Below, in pieces: positions 1 to 10,054 of a stretch of DNA of 38,063 bases; the stretch's first letter is position 1; each line of letters begins with the position of its first letter. This DNA is from Elainellaceae cyanobacterium (lineage in GTDB: Bacteria > Cyanobacteriota > Cyanobacteriia > CAZCXK01), in contig JBNPEG010000010.1 in NCBI GenBank assembly GCA_051117555.1, forward strand, positions 1-38,063, in the 5' to 3' direction. The notes under the pieces were generated by a model that saw only the letters and a program-made list of their open reading frames with translations, searched no databases and was not told the origin of the DNA. The position numbers and the translations under genes were made by a program.

Positions 1-1589
1 GTGAAAATGGTGATCACTCGACGCTTTCGAGTTTTAATATTTGCGCTAATCGACATCCCTGACTGGAGATTGACCTCTTTCCCATTAACCACAAGAGATT
101 GCTGATCGAGCTGGATTTTTGTCGGAAATGTGTAAAATGGACGAATTTCATCGGGGGGAAGCGCATCAGAGCCAATCCAGGTGACTTCTCCCTTCACATC
201 ACCAAACTCACTAAACGGAAATGAATCAATTCGGACATCGACTGGCATTCCTTCCTCAATAAATCCGATGTCTTGGTTTGTGATAAATACTCGCGCTACC
301 AGTGCATCGCTTGGCACAATTTTGAGAATGGGCTCGTTGATATTCGTATTCACATACCCTTGAATCTGTGCCTGAAGATCAAACACAACCCCATCAATAG
401 GAGCCCGAATCTCTTGATAATCGAGAGTTAGTTCTGTTTGTCGGAGTTGGCTATTAATGTCTGCCAATTGTTTCTCGTTCTCGACGATTGATTTATTAAT
501 CTGGCTATCAATCTCGGCGATTTGTTTCTCGTTTTCTGCAATCCGACCTAGCATATCCGTTTGGGTAAGGGCGACCGTGTTTAGCAGTTGTTCACGGGCT
601 CTTGCAATGGAGACTTGTAACACATCTTGCTGCTGTACTAGGCGGTCAAGTTCAGCTTGACGGTTTAGGGCTTCAACCTCTTGACGACGATATTGAAGTT
701 CAGCGATCGCGCCCTCTTCAACCAACGGTCCGATATTATCCAAGATGTTTTGCTCAATTGCCAAGGTCTGCCGAGCCGTAGCCATTTGAGATTGCACCTG
801 GCTGAGCTCCTCTTGCAGTTCTCGAACTTGAAGTTGAGCGGCTGATGTGCGCGTGCCTGCCTCTGCCTGAATCGCTCGCAGACGAATTCGCTGGTTGGTC
901 GATAAGCTCGACTCGCTGCCTCCTGCCAGCAGGGTTGCGTAGAGTTCATTCTCTCCGAGCAAGGCTCGGCGGCTGGCTGTGAGTTGAATGATCTCAGCAG
1001 GCAAATCCAAGTCAGTCGGACTCGTCCCCTCCGGCAAGGGGACACCACTGAGCTGAGCCCGATAGTACTGATTTTCTTGAGTTAGAGAGTCTTGGATTTC
1101 TTGCAATTTAGCTTGCTCAGCTTGTGCAGCTTCCGGATCAAGCCGCACCAGTAAATCACCTCTATCGACGCGATCGCCATCCCTGACCAACACATCATCA
1201 ACCACACCTCCTACGGGTGGCTCGACCTCATAAACAGTTCCTTGGGGTTCTAACTTTCCGGTCGCAGGAACTGCCTCCTCGATTTTGGCAAGGCATGCCC
1301 AGAGGACCCCAAACGTTGTCACTCCAACGATTCCCCAAATAATGCCCCGTGACCAAAACGAAGGTTGCTGGAGAATGACAGGCTGGTCGAAGGGTTCCTG
1401 ACGAACTAATTTGCGATCGCCATTTGAGGACTGAACAGAAGACTGATCTTGCGTCGAAGGAGGCTGCTGATTGCCAGCAACAGCAATGGACTTTTGAGAC
1501 GGATTGCCATTCTCAGAGGATGGCATTTGCCCGTTTTGCGGTTGCCCATTCTGTCCGTGAGTTGTGCGAGATTTTGGAGAGTCGTTCAT
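1..1589 (-). CDS. hlyD: HlyD-family type I secretion membrane fusion protein; 3' end runs off the window
   Basis: Not in the ORF track; I translated both ends by hand. From ATG 1589: MNDSPKSRT...EPFDQPVILQQPSFWSRGIIWGIVGVTTFGVLWACLAKIEEAVPATGKLEPQGTVYEVEPPVGGVVDDVLVRDGDRVDRGDLLVRLD (TM helix + lipoyl-like hairpin). The same frame at the left edge reads GKEVNLQSGMSISANIKTRKRRVITIF, a typical HlyD C-terminus. It lies 19 bp downstream of the HlyB-like gene. Confidence 0.92.
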   Translation of the reverse strand, partial: MNDSPKSRTTHGQNGQPQNGQMPSSENGNPSQKSIAVAGNQQPPSTQDQSSVQSSNGDRKLVRQEPFDQPVILQQPSFWSRGIIWGIVGVTTFGVLWACLAKIEEAVPATGKLEPQGTVYEVEPPVGGVVDDVLVRDGDRVDRGDLLVRLDPEAAQAEQAKLQEIQDSLTQENQYYRAQLSGVPLPEGTSPTDLDLPAEIIQLTASRRALLGENELYATLLAGGSESSLSTNQRIRLRAIQAEAGTRTSAAQLQVRELQEELSQVQSQMATARQTLAIEQNILDNIGPLVEEGAIAELQYRRQEVEALNRQAELDRLVQQQDVLQVSIARAREQLLNTVALTQTDMLGRIAENEKQIAEIDSQINKSIVENEKQLADINSQLRQTELTLDYQEIRAPIDGVVFDLQAQIQGYVNTNINEPILKIVPSDALVARVFITNQDIGFIEEGMPVDVRIDSFPFSEFGDVKGEVTWIGSDALPPDEIRPFYTFPTKIQLDQQSLVVNGKEVNLQSGMSISANIKTRKRRVITIF

Positions 1590-1608
1590 AAGTCCCTACG
1601 GTCAGTAT

Positions 1609-4600
1609 CTACATTTGGGCTTCTTGTTGTTGGTACAGAGCGTAGTAGCGCCCCTGGAGTGCCATGAGTTCATCGTGCATGCCCTGCTCTACGATTGATC
1701 CCTGATCCATCATCAAAATCATATCGGCATTGCGAATCGTAGTTAGGCGATGCGTAATGAAGAAAACCGTCCGTCCTCGGAACGCCTCGGCAAGATTTAG
1801 GCAAACTCGGCGCTCTGTGTCATAGTCTAAGGCGCTCGTTGCTTCGTCTAGGATTAGCATGCGAGGATTTTGCAACATCGTTCGGGCGATCGCAATCCGC
1901 TGGCGCTGCCCACCCGATAGCGATGAGCCTCGTTCTCCAACACGCGTGTTATAGCCATTGGGCAATTCCATGATAAAGTCATGAGCCGCTGCGACCTGAG
2001 CTGCCTGAATAATGGCATCTGCCGACGCATCGGGAGCCGTCAAGGCAATGTTTTCTTGGATGGTTCCTTCGAAGAGCAAACTATCTTGCGGAACAATACC
2101 AATTTGCTGGCGTAACGAATATAGTTCAACCTTGCTGATGTCGTATCCATCGATCAAGATTCGTCCTGATTCTAGCTCATAGAGACGGGGTAGAAGTTTC
2201 ATCAACGTGCTTTTTCCCGAACCACTTTGCCCAACAACCCCGATGAAAGCGCCTGCCGGAAACTCTACATTGATGTTGCTGAGTTGAGGCGGACCACTCG
2301 TGCCGAAGCGGAATGACACATTTTCGTACTTCACTGCACCCTCAACAGCAGGCATCGGAATATTATTCCGATCCGCCTCATCCGCTTCTGGAGCGGCGTC
2401 TAGAATGTCACTCAAGCGCTCGATGGATAGCCCGGTTTCTTGGAAGTTTTGCCAGAGTTGAGCTAGACGAAGCAAGGGGCTGGTTACATAACCAGCGATA
2501 ATCCGAAACGCAATCAGCTGACCTAAGGTTAATTCTTGGTTGATCACCAAATATGCCCCGACCCATAGAACAAGCAACCCGGAGAGCTTGTTCAGAAAAT
2601 TACTCATCGAGCTTGCCGTTGTCGACGTTAGAACAGTCTTAAATCCGGCGCTAACGTATCGAGCATAGCGTTGTTGCCATTGCCACCGGGCTCGCAGTTC
2701 CATATTCTGCGCTTTGACCGTTTGAATACCAGATACGACTTCAACAAGATAGGATTGGGTTTCTGCATTGCGTTCTGCCTTCGTGCGTAATTGCTGACGA
2801 ATGAGGGGCGACGCTACGACTGCGAGCAACACAAAGAAAGGAATCGTTGCCAGCGACACCAGAGTCAACACCCAACTATAAATAAACATGACGACGATAT
2901 AAATCACCGAAAAAATCGCGTCAAGCACAACAGTCAGGGCCGTTCCTGTTAAAAATTGGCGAATATTTTCTAGCTCGTTAATGCGGGTGGCGAGTTCTCC
3001 GACGGGCCGACGCTCAAAATAGCGCAGCGGCAATCGTAGAAGATGATCGATAATTTCTGAGCCGAGCGTCAAATCAATTCGATTCGTCGTATCAACGAAC
3101 AGATACGTTCGCAAACTCGTGAGAACTGCTTCAAAGATTGCGATGACCAGCAAGAAGAAGCCTAGTACCTGGAGCGTATCTGCACTATTTTGCACAATTA
3201 CTTTATCGATGATCACCTGAATCATCAATGGATTTGCTAGCGCAAACAATTGCACAAAGAATGATGCGATAAAGACTTCGATCAGAACGCGTCGATATTT
3301 TTTTAGCGATGGCAAAAACCAGCTAAGATTAAACCGCTTTTGAGGAGTTTGCCGTGTCGCCTTGAGAAGCAGAACTTGCCCGCGTTTAGAGCCATCGTCT
3401 GCTTCTGTCCCCCAGGTTTGAGCAAAGTCAGACGTTTTGCGCCGCAAGATTCCAAGCTCAGGCACAGCAACGACCATCGAGCGTTCGTTGACTTCATAGA
3501 TAAGTGCTGGGCTGCCTTGCCATTGAATCATGGCGGGAGCTTCCAGTCGACCGATTGCGCTCGAAGGAACCACGACAAGCTGGGCCTGTAGACCCATTAA
3601 TTCAGCAACCGCTCCGCAGAGTTCTAGCGATACGCCTCCAATGCGTTCCATCTGGTTCACGAGAACCCGGCGAATGACATCGCGGCGGAATGGAACATTG
3701 AGGTGTTGGCTGAGCATCCAAAAGCAGGCGATCGCCACGTCAAGTTCGCCCTTGCCTTTTGCAAACGGATACTTCTGCGCCGACGATTTTTGATCCGTGC
3801 TGTGGGGCACAAACCCTTCTTGGGGCTGATCCGGAGCATAGGGAATAGTGAGATCATCCGTTATCGCTTCGTCTTCGTTCCACGGATCGATCACCTCCGG
3901 GATGATCGGGGTAGAGGGAGACACTGTTGCCTTAGGCAAGCCAATTAGACGAGCCGGATAAGAGCCGACCACTTCAAGTATTTCAGGTGTCTGATCAAGA
4001 TCGATGCGGCTACCGACTAAATGATCAGCGACAGCACCCCCGCCACTCACAAACCAAACCATTTGAGGATCGAGCTGATTCACGGATGTTTTGCCGGGAG
4101 GCAGCTTGTAAACAACAGCCTCCGCTTGTGCCTGAAGAGACAGTTCGCGAAGGTCAGCTTCTCCGTTTGCCTGCCGATGCAGTTCAGCGCCGAGCAAATC
4201 AAAGACTTCGATGAGCGCGCAGTGATCTCGAAAAGCTGTTGATAGGATGGGTTCACCCTCTAGTGCAGCTAAAAAGTCAATCGCCGGAAGAACCAGACAC
4301 ACGGTTTCAGTCGAAGCGATCGCGGTCTCACACGGAACCCCGCGCACCAATCCCGCCCAACCGAGAACAGCTCCAGGCTGCATCAAGCTTAAGGTTATAG
4401 GTCGTTCAGTGCGAGCATCATAGCCCAACAGGCGAGCTTGTCCTTGATAGAGCACCGCGATTTGGGCGGGCATCTTATCTCGAACAAAAACGGCTTGCCC
4501 CATGCGATATCTCAATAACTGAAAGCGCTCCACCAAACCCGCCAACGCAGACGATGGCAATTGGTCAAACGGATAGACCGTCGCAAGAAAATCTTGGATC

Positions 4601-4620
4601 GTTGAACGAGTATAGGTCAT
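1609..4620 (-). CDS. hlyB: HlyB-like type I secretion ABC transporter (N-terminal cNMP-binding-like domain, C39-like domain, ABC membrane domain, ATPase)
   Basis: Walker A GQSGSGKST, signature LSGGQRQR, Walker B LILDEATSALD, membrane domain (FFVQLFALANPLMIQVIIDKV...). The C39-like segment (DVAIACFWML) lacks the catalytic DCG cysteine. Confidence 0.93.
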   Translation of the reverse strand: MTYTRSTIQDFLATVYPFDQLPSSALAGLVERFQLLRYRMGQAVFVRDKMPAQIAVLYQGQARLLGYDARTERPITLSLMQPGAVLGWAGLVRGVPCETAIASTETVCLVLPAIDFLAALEGEPILSTAFRDHCALIEVFDLLGAELHRQANGEADLRELSLQAQAEAVVYKLPPGKTSVNQLDPQMVWFVSGGGAVADHLVGSRIDLDQTPEILEVVGSYPARLIGLPKATVSPSTPIIPEVIDPWNEDEAITDDLTIPYAPDQPQEGFVPHSTDQKSSAQKYPFAKGKGELDVAIACFWMLSQHLNVPFRRDVIRRVLVNQMERIGGVSLELCGAVAELMGLQAQLVVVPSSAIGRLEAPAMIQWQGSPALIYEVNERSMVVAVPELGILRRKTSDFAQTWGTEADDGSKRGQVLLLKATRQTPQKRFNLSWFLPSLKKYRRVLIEVFIASFFVQLFALANPLMIQVIIDKVIVQNSADTLQVLGFFLLVIAIFEAVLTSLRTYLFVDTTNRIDLTLGSEIIDHLLRLPLRYFERRPVGELATRINELENIRQFLTGTALTVVLDAIFSVIYIVVMFIYSWVLTLVSLATIPFFVLLAVVASPLIRQQLRTKAERNAETQSYLVEVVSGIQTVKAQNMELRARWQWQQRYARYVSAGFKTVLTSTTASSMSNFLNKLSGLLVLWVGAYLVINQELTLGQLIAFRIIAGYVTSPLLRLAQLWQNFQETGLSIERLSDILDAAPEADEADRNNIPMPAVEGAVKYENVSFRFGTSGPPQLSNINVEFPAGAFIGVVGQSGSGKSTLMKLLPRLYELESGRILIDGYDISKVELYSLRQQIGIVPQDSLLFEGTIQENIALTAPDASADAIIQAAQVAAAHDFIMELPNGYNTRVGERGSSLSGGQRQRIAIARTMLQNPRMLILDEATSALDYDTERRVCLNLAEAFRGRTVFFITHRLTTIRNADMILMMDQGSIVEQGMHDELMALQGRYYALYQQQEAQM

Positions 4621-5372
4621 GAGGCAATCGTAGTAGCGGTAGAATTAGCTGAGGAAAGCGGTCTGATGTCATTAAGTTGCTCTTGTAACCAATTGCTGAA
4701 ACACTCGTTCAGCAAACGACGACGCATTGAATCATCAAGCTGTGCTGGAATAAATCGTTCTAAGCGAACGATGACAATCCATTCTCCGACTCGGGTGGGA
4801 GGCCATAGCTGCCCCGGCTGACTAATTGAGAGCATATGAGCGAGCGATGGATGGGGAACACTTAACTCTACGGGACCAATTAACCCATCTGTTTGGGATT
4901 CTGGACCTTGGGAATATTCACGAGCGATTTCTGCAAAGGATTGTTCCCCTTCTAGAACACGAAAGTAGAGTTCTTGGGCGATGCCAAGCTCACGAATACG
5001 AATAAGAGAATAGATAACTCGATCGAGCTTTCCTTTGCGATCTAAAAAGTAGGATTCCATCTTTGGACCCCACTTGCTCTGTTTAAATTTTTCAACCCGG
5101 ATTTCTCGTGTAGAAATAGTTTCAAGCTGCTCTTGGGTCATACCATAACGCCCTAGCCACGCTTGGCGAGCATCCGCTTCAGTAATTTGATTTTGAGCAT
5201 AAAACCGCTCACGAGCCTCTGATTCTTCGTCAGAGGTGCATTCGATGTCTGCGATCGCTTGATCGATCAGAATCTCTTGAAGGAGCTGAGGAAGCATTCG
5301 ATAACCTGCCAATAATGGCAATAGCTCCTCAGCTGTGAATGAGCGGTCACCAATTTCCAATACTACAGTCAT
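4617..5372 (-). CDS. PpiC/parvulin-type peptidylprolyl isomerase associated with the type I secretion operon
   Basis: Rotamase motif SFAEIAREYSQGPESQTDGLIGPV. Stop overlaps the hlyB start (ATGA). This gene order is common in cyanobacteria. Confidence 0.88.
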   Translation of the reverse strand: MTVVLEIGDRSFTAEELLPLLAGYRMLPQLLQEILIDQAIADIECTSDEESEARERFYAQNQITEADARQAWLGRYGMTQEQLETISTREIRVEKFKQSKWGPKMESYFLDRKGKLDRVIYSLIRIRELGIAQELYFRVLEGEQSFAEIAREYSQGPESQTDGLIGPVELSVPHPSLAHMLSISQPGQLWPPTRVGEWIVIVRLERFIPAQLDDSMRRRLLNECFSNWLQEQLNDIRPLSSANSTATTIAS

Positions 5373-6038
5373 TTAGATCAATCCCTGATATGAGCAGTTC
5401 TTCTGAGCTAGAAGATAATCCTTCAAATCAGCCTTCCGGTTCTAGAATTGCTAGAACAGCTCAACGGACGTTTACAAAATAGTTTATGTGTGCATCAGCC
5501 TTAATAATGGCGAACTTAAGGATTTTTGTCGTTATGTCTCATAAAAAATTGACAAACAGTGATGACTTTCTATCCCAATAGACTCTACACGTTCACAATC
5601 AGAATTCCCAAAATAAGCATCAGATTAAAATCAATTTGCTCCATATGCTCTCTACAGGCATGAAATACAAAATCAGGGACTTAGCCCAATTCTGGATGAG
5701 GCGATTCTGGCTTCTCAGGAAGAATTCTAAACCTACTCAGCAAAAATTCATATGCGGTGAGATGACTCGGTCTAAAGTAAGATGACTCGCTGACAGAATG
5801 GTGGGGTGGCGATCGCGCGCTATTTTAATCGAGCTAGACACTCGGAATGCCGATATCGAGAGCAATTTGCGCATCAAGCACAGAAATGCGGATATGGAGC
5901 GCAGTGCGCTCGTTTGAGTGTGCTCAAATCAAGCGCATCTTGCCATTGAAGCGCGTATGATGCCCACATAATAGAATGATTGGACATCAATAAAAGCCGA
6001 AACGAAGGAAGCCGAAACGAATTTGCCATGTGCCAGGC

Positions 6039-7484
6039 ATGACTATGACCCGTACTCCCGTTCAATTTGTAAAGCAGGTATGGCGAAACATTGATCCCGC
6101 GTCGCTTCAGTTTCGGCTAACCGTAGGAACTATCCTTGTTTCGGTACTGGGTATTGGCGGGATTGCCCTGTGGATGAGCCTCAGAACCGAACAAATTCTG
6201 ATTGGCAGTCATAAGCAATATACCGTCGACATTGCGACTCGATTTCCGCAAGATGTTGCGCTATACAAGGACGTGATGTCGACTCAGCAAGCTCTCCAAA
6301 AAGCGGTTGATTTTCGGAGCTTGCCGAATTTAACTATTGTGGTTGCGGATACTGACGGCGCGATTCGAGCTCAATCTCGTGGCCCGCAACAAAATGGTGA
6401 AATTGCCCCCGCCTTGCTCACCCTGTCGACTCAGATGATTGACCCCCATCTCGTGTCAATCGATGACCAATATTTTGTGGTGTGTTCAGATTCGCTGGTG
6501 ATCGACGGGGTTCAATCAGGTTGGTTATATGTTGCGCTGAATGTGACAGACGATCTGGCGATGTTTCGTCAGGTCGTTCAGAGTTTAGGACTTGCCACCC
6601 TATTTGCAATCTTTGTGATTATGGTAGCGATCGCGTTCTATGTGAGGCGATCGCTGAGACCACTTCGGCAAATGAGTCAGCTTGCTGAAACAGTTACTTT
6701 GCGAGACTTAGGTGTTGTCAAACTCCACCTTCAAGAAGCACCGACCGAAATTAATGAGTTGGTTGAAACCTGCGAAAAAATGCTGATGCGCCTGTCGAGA
6801 GCCGTCGAACAACAGCAGCAGTTTATTCACGACATTTCGCATGAGTTGCGGACACCGCTCACCATTGTTTATGGTTATCTGCAAAGCATGTTGCGACGAG
6901 GCAAAACCTTAACCGAACCTCAGCGCGAAGCATTAGAAACAGCAGCCTTAGAGGCCGACCGCACCATTCGAATTCTGCAAGACCTGCTTGATTTAGCTCG
7001 AGCAGATAGTGGGTACTTGCCCTATAGCAAAGAGCCTCTCTCTCTCAATTCGCTGGTTGAAGAGCTTGTTGGGATGGCAGAGCAGTCAAGTGGCCAAACG
7101 ATTGATATTGACGCCACTCGTAAGGACATCAAAGTGTGGGCAGACACTAGCCGTCTGACCCAGATTTTGTCAAATTTGATCGATAACGCGCTGAAATATT
7201 CAGGTGCCGATCAACCGATTACCATTAAGCTAGACCAACAGCATGGAGATGCTATTATCCAGGTGTGCGATCGAGGTCAGGGAATTCCCTTACAGCATCA
7301 GTCGCGCATCTTTGACCGCTGCTATCGCGTGGATGAAGCCCGTTCTAGGTCTACGGGGGGTTGTGGGTTGGGCTTGTCAATTGTGAAAACCCTGGTAGAA
7401 GGCATGGGCGGTAGTGTTACCGTTCGTTCAAAAGTGAATGAAGGCAGCGTTTTTACCGTAACTTTACCCTCATCTCCGGTGTAG
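6039..7484 (+). CDS. Membrane HAMP-domain sensor histidine kinase (start uncertain: 6030, 6039 or 6045)
   Basis: Two TM helices, HAMP, H-box [11 protein letters not shown]-box [11 protein letters not shown] boxes DRGQGI and [10 protein letters not shown]. Confidence 0.93.
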   Translation: MTMTRTPVQFVKQVWRNIDPASLQFRLTVGTILVSVLGIGGIALWMSLRTEQILIGSHKQYTVDIATRFPQDVALYKDVMSTQQALQKAVDFRSLPNLTIVVADTDGAIRAQSRGPQQNGEIAPALLTLSTQMIDPHLVSIDDQYFVVCSDSLVIDGVQSGWLYVALNVTDDLAMFRQVVQSLGLATLFAIFVIMVAIAFYVRRSLRPLRQMSQLAETVTLRDLGVVKLHLQEAPTEINELVETCEKMLMRLSRAVEQQQQFIHDISHELRTPLTIVYGYLQSMLRRGKTLTEPQREALETAALEADRTIRILQDLLDLARADSGYLPYSKEPLSLNSLVEELVGMAEQSSGQTIDIDATRKDIKVWADTSRLTQILSNLIDNALKYSGADQPITIKLDQQHGDAIIQVCDRGQGIPLQHQSRIFDRCYRVDEARSRSTGGCGLGLSIVKTLVEGMGGSVTVRSKVNEGSVFTVTLPSSPV

Positions 7485-7486
7485 TC

Positions 7487-8161
7487 ATGACTGCTCACAT
7501 TATCATCGTTGAAGATGAAACAAAACTAGCTCGATTTATCGAATTGGAGCTGAGCTATGAAGGTTATAAAATTACGGTCGCTAATGACGGCTTGACGGGG
7601 CTCACTGCAATCCGAGATAGCAACCCCGATCTCATTATTTTAGACTGGCTATTGCCCGGTTTAACGGGTTTAGAAGTGTGTCGCCGGCTAAGAACTACGG
7701 GCTCGAAAACGCCTATTATTCTGCTTACTGCGAAAGATGATGTGAGCGATCGCGTTGCCGGGCTTGATGCAGGAGCCGATGATTATTTGGTCAAGCCATT
7801 CAGCATCGAGGAGTTATTAGCTCGCATTCGTGCCCATCTGCGACGCACGCATGATGATGAAACGGACCTGCTCCGGTTTGAAGACTTAAGCCTTAATCGT
7901 CAAACCCGTGAAGTATTTCGAGGAGAGCGCCCCATTGAGCTCACGGCGAAAGAGTTTGATTTGCTAGAACATTTGATGGCGCATCCGCGTCAGGTGATCA
8001 CGCGCGATCGCATCTTAGAAGAAGTTTGGGGATACGATTTTATGGGCGATTCTAATATCATCGAGGTTTATATACGCTATTTGCGGCTAAAGCTTGAAGC
8101 AGAGGGCGAGAAGCGTCTGATTCAGACTGTACGTGGGGTTGGATACGTTCTTCGAGATTGA
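7487..8161 (+). CDS. OmpR/PhoB-family response regulator
   Basis: REC domain ([20 protein letters not shown]) plus winged helix ([12 protein letters not shown]...TVRGVGYVL). It starts 2 bp after the kinase. Confidence 0.95.
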   Translation: MTAHIIIVEDETKLARFIELELSYEGYKITVANDGLTGLTAIRDSNPDLIILDWLLPGLTGLEVCRRLRTTGSKTPIILLTAKDDVSDRVAGLDAGADDYLVKPFSIEELLARIRAHLRRTHDDETDLLRFEDLSLNRQTREVFRGERPIELTAKEFDLLEHLMAHPRQVITRDRILEEVWGYDFMGDSNIIEVYIRYLRLKLEAEGEKRLIQTVRGVGYVLRD

Positions 8162-8225
8162 AGAAATTCTCAATAGTCAGGGTAATCTGGTAAGCAGGTT
8201 GCTATTCTGGAGAAACACCTTAGCC

Positions 8226-9143
8226 ATGAACAGGCTACTGTCAGGACCGTTAACTGTCGATTCTCTGACGATTGAAATTGCTGGATTACCGTCTCACCTC
8301 TATGGGACGAAAATTGCTCAGCTTTCAGACTTGCATTATGATGGGCTGCGGCTTTCAGACATGATGCTGGTAGAGGCGATCGCCAACAGCAACGAACTTC
8401 AGCCCGATATCGTGGTTCTTACTGGCGACCATGTGACCGATGATCCAACGCCTATCTATGACTTAGTTCAACGGTTACGTGCCTTGCAGAGTCGAGCCGG
8501 AGTATACGCCATTTTAGGTAATCACGATATTGTTCCTGCGGGTGCGCAAACTATCATTACGGATGCGTTCACTCAAGCAGGCATCCACGTCCTCTGGAAT
8601 GATATTGCCTATCCGTTTGGGGCCAGTCTTCCGCTGGTCGGTTTAGCCGATTTGTGGTCAAAAGACTTTAATCCTGCGCCGATCTTGAATCAGCTCGATG
8701 ACGCTGTTCCCCGAATTGTCTTAGCTCATAATCCTGATTGCGCTGTCAAGTTAAAATCTTGGCGAGTTGATTTACAGCTTTCAGGGCACACCCATGGTGG
8801 ACAAATTGTGATCCCAGGACTGGGGCCGTTTCCTACGTGGTATCAAAAAGTTCGGCGCTATGTGCCCAAGCGATTAAGGCGGTGGTTACCCTACATGAGC
8901 GAGGATTGCCACAAAGTGGTTAAACATTGGGAATGGGCGCAAGGTCTGCATCAGGTTGGCTCCAATTGTTTATATGTCAATCGAGGACTCGGGACCTATC
9001 TGCCTGGACGACTATTTTGCCCACCTGAGCTGACTATGATTACGCTGATGGGTAAGCCATCGACGCTTCCAGTCGACTATGCTCCCTCTCGTGCCGATAT
9101 GAAAACTTTAAACTCTGAGGAGCATTTGACTCCGCTTTCCTAG
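8226..9143 (+). CDS. Calcineurin-like metallophosphoesterase (YkuE/YaeI type)
   Basis: Motifs SDLH, TGD, GNHD, AHNPD, SGHTHGGQ, VNRGLG. ATG 8226 is preferred over the track start 8133, which overlaps the upstream gene. Confidence 0.9.
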   Translation: MNRLLSGPLTVDSLTIEIAGLPSHLYGTKIAQLSDLHYDGLRLSDMMLVEAIANSNELQPDIVVLTGDHVTDDPTPIYDLVQRLRALQSRAGVYAILGNHDIVPAGAQTIITDAFTQAGIHVLWNDIAYPFGASLPLVGLADLWSKDFNPAPILNQLDDAVPRIVLAHNPDCAVKLKSWRVDLQLSGHTHGGQIVIPGLGPFPTWYQKVRRYVPKRLRRWLPYMSEDCHKVVKHWEWAQGLHQVGSNCLYVNRGLGTYLPGRLFCPPELTMITLMGKPSTLPVDYAPSRADMKTLNSEEHLTPLS

Positions 9144-9181
9144 AAAATTCTGTAAAAATGCGGTGTACCTATGCATTGCCC

Positions 9182-9202
9182 AGGCGGGTGCCTTGCCCGC
9201 CT
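9182..9202. repeat. GC-rich hairpin AGGCGGG-TGCCTTG-CCCGCCT (terminator-like or REP-like)
   Basis: Perfect 7-bp inverted repeat about 40 bp after the phosphoesterase stop. There is no clear U-tract on the + strand. Confidence 0.45.
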
Positions 9203-9626
9203 AAAAGCCTGTGCGATCGCGCGTTCAGTCTTCGCTTCTTTTCTGCTCGGTTTCTCTACCGCCTGTCTAAGCAAGGCGTTTCCTGGGACCACGCATTCTG
9301 GCATCCTATGCAGTTGAGTAGCATCAATGGGTATGACCCGATTAAAGTGGCTATTATGGAAGCAGCAATCAGGCGCATTCCAATTTTGCGAAAACCCTCT
9401 TGCTCTTCAGCCATCTCTTAGACCAGACTGACTTTCAGGGCACTACAAAGGCACTATAAACTAGAGAATATGGCGTAAGTCACTGCGTGGGGAAGGGCCT
9501 TAGCAGTGCTATGCCTTGATAAGGCAGTGACTTCTCGTCCAGTCTAGAATTCGCGTCCGGTCTATTACTGGACTTTTGATAGTCCATCGTTTGGACATTT
9601 AGGCTTTTGTATACAAGGTAGCTTCA

Positions 9627-9968
9627 ATGCAAACGGCTTCTTCCGATATTGTGGCCCCCGATTCATCCAAATCTTTCGTTGCCGCTGGCTTTCATGCACT
9701 TTCTGATCCACTGCGCATCCAGGTTCTCGAATTGCTTCGCAATCAAGAACTCTGCGTCTGTGATTTGTGTGAATTGACCCAGGTTAGGCAGTCTAAGCTG
9801 TCATTCCATCTAAAGACATTACGAGAAGCTGCCTTGGTTCGCACTCGGCAACAGGGACGCTGGATTTACTACAGTCTCAATTTGCCCCAGTTTGTAATTC
9901 TTGAACAATATTTGGCAGAATATCGTCGCTTTAGTGAGATCTTGCCCGCCAAATCGTGTGGTGATTAG
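9627..9968 (+). CDS. ArsR/SmtB-family metalloregulatory repressor
   Basis: FHALSDPLRIQVLELL, alpha3 metal site ELCVCDLC, HTH QSKLSFHLKTLREAALV, wing QGRWIYYSL. Confidence 0.93.
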   Translation: MQTASSDIVAPDSSKSFVAAGFHALSDPLRIQVLELLRNQELCVCDLCELTQVRQSKLSFHLKTLREAALVRTRQQGRWIYYSLNLPQFVILEQYLAEYRRFSEILPAKSCGD

Positions 9969-10054
9969 TGTGGTGATTAAGGGAGCCCTCGCCGAGATAG
10001 CGTAGATATCATATCTATGTGAATGGGTATGCTGGGTTGACTTGCTTCATTCGA

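Noticed and set aside
181..1667. Short track ORFs at 181, 457, 665 and 1449
   Set aside because: They are antisense or alternate-frame shadows of the hlyD CDS that the track missed because it runs off the window.
6039..8161. Naming the pair ManS/ManR or NblR
   Set aside because: The regulator does not match my recollection of ManR or NblR, and orthology needs a reciprocal BLAST.
9158..9421. 87-aa plus-strand ORF and a 52-aa minus-strand ORF from ATG 9414
   Set aside because: No recognisable motifs. The plus ORF spans a hairpin. I cannot support either as coding.
10003..10017. Palindrome TAGATAT-C-ATATCTA between convergent genes
   Set aside because: It is short and AT-rich with a 1-nt loop, too weak to call a terminator or operator.
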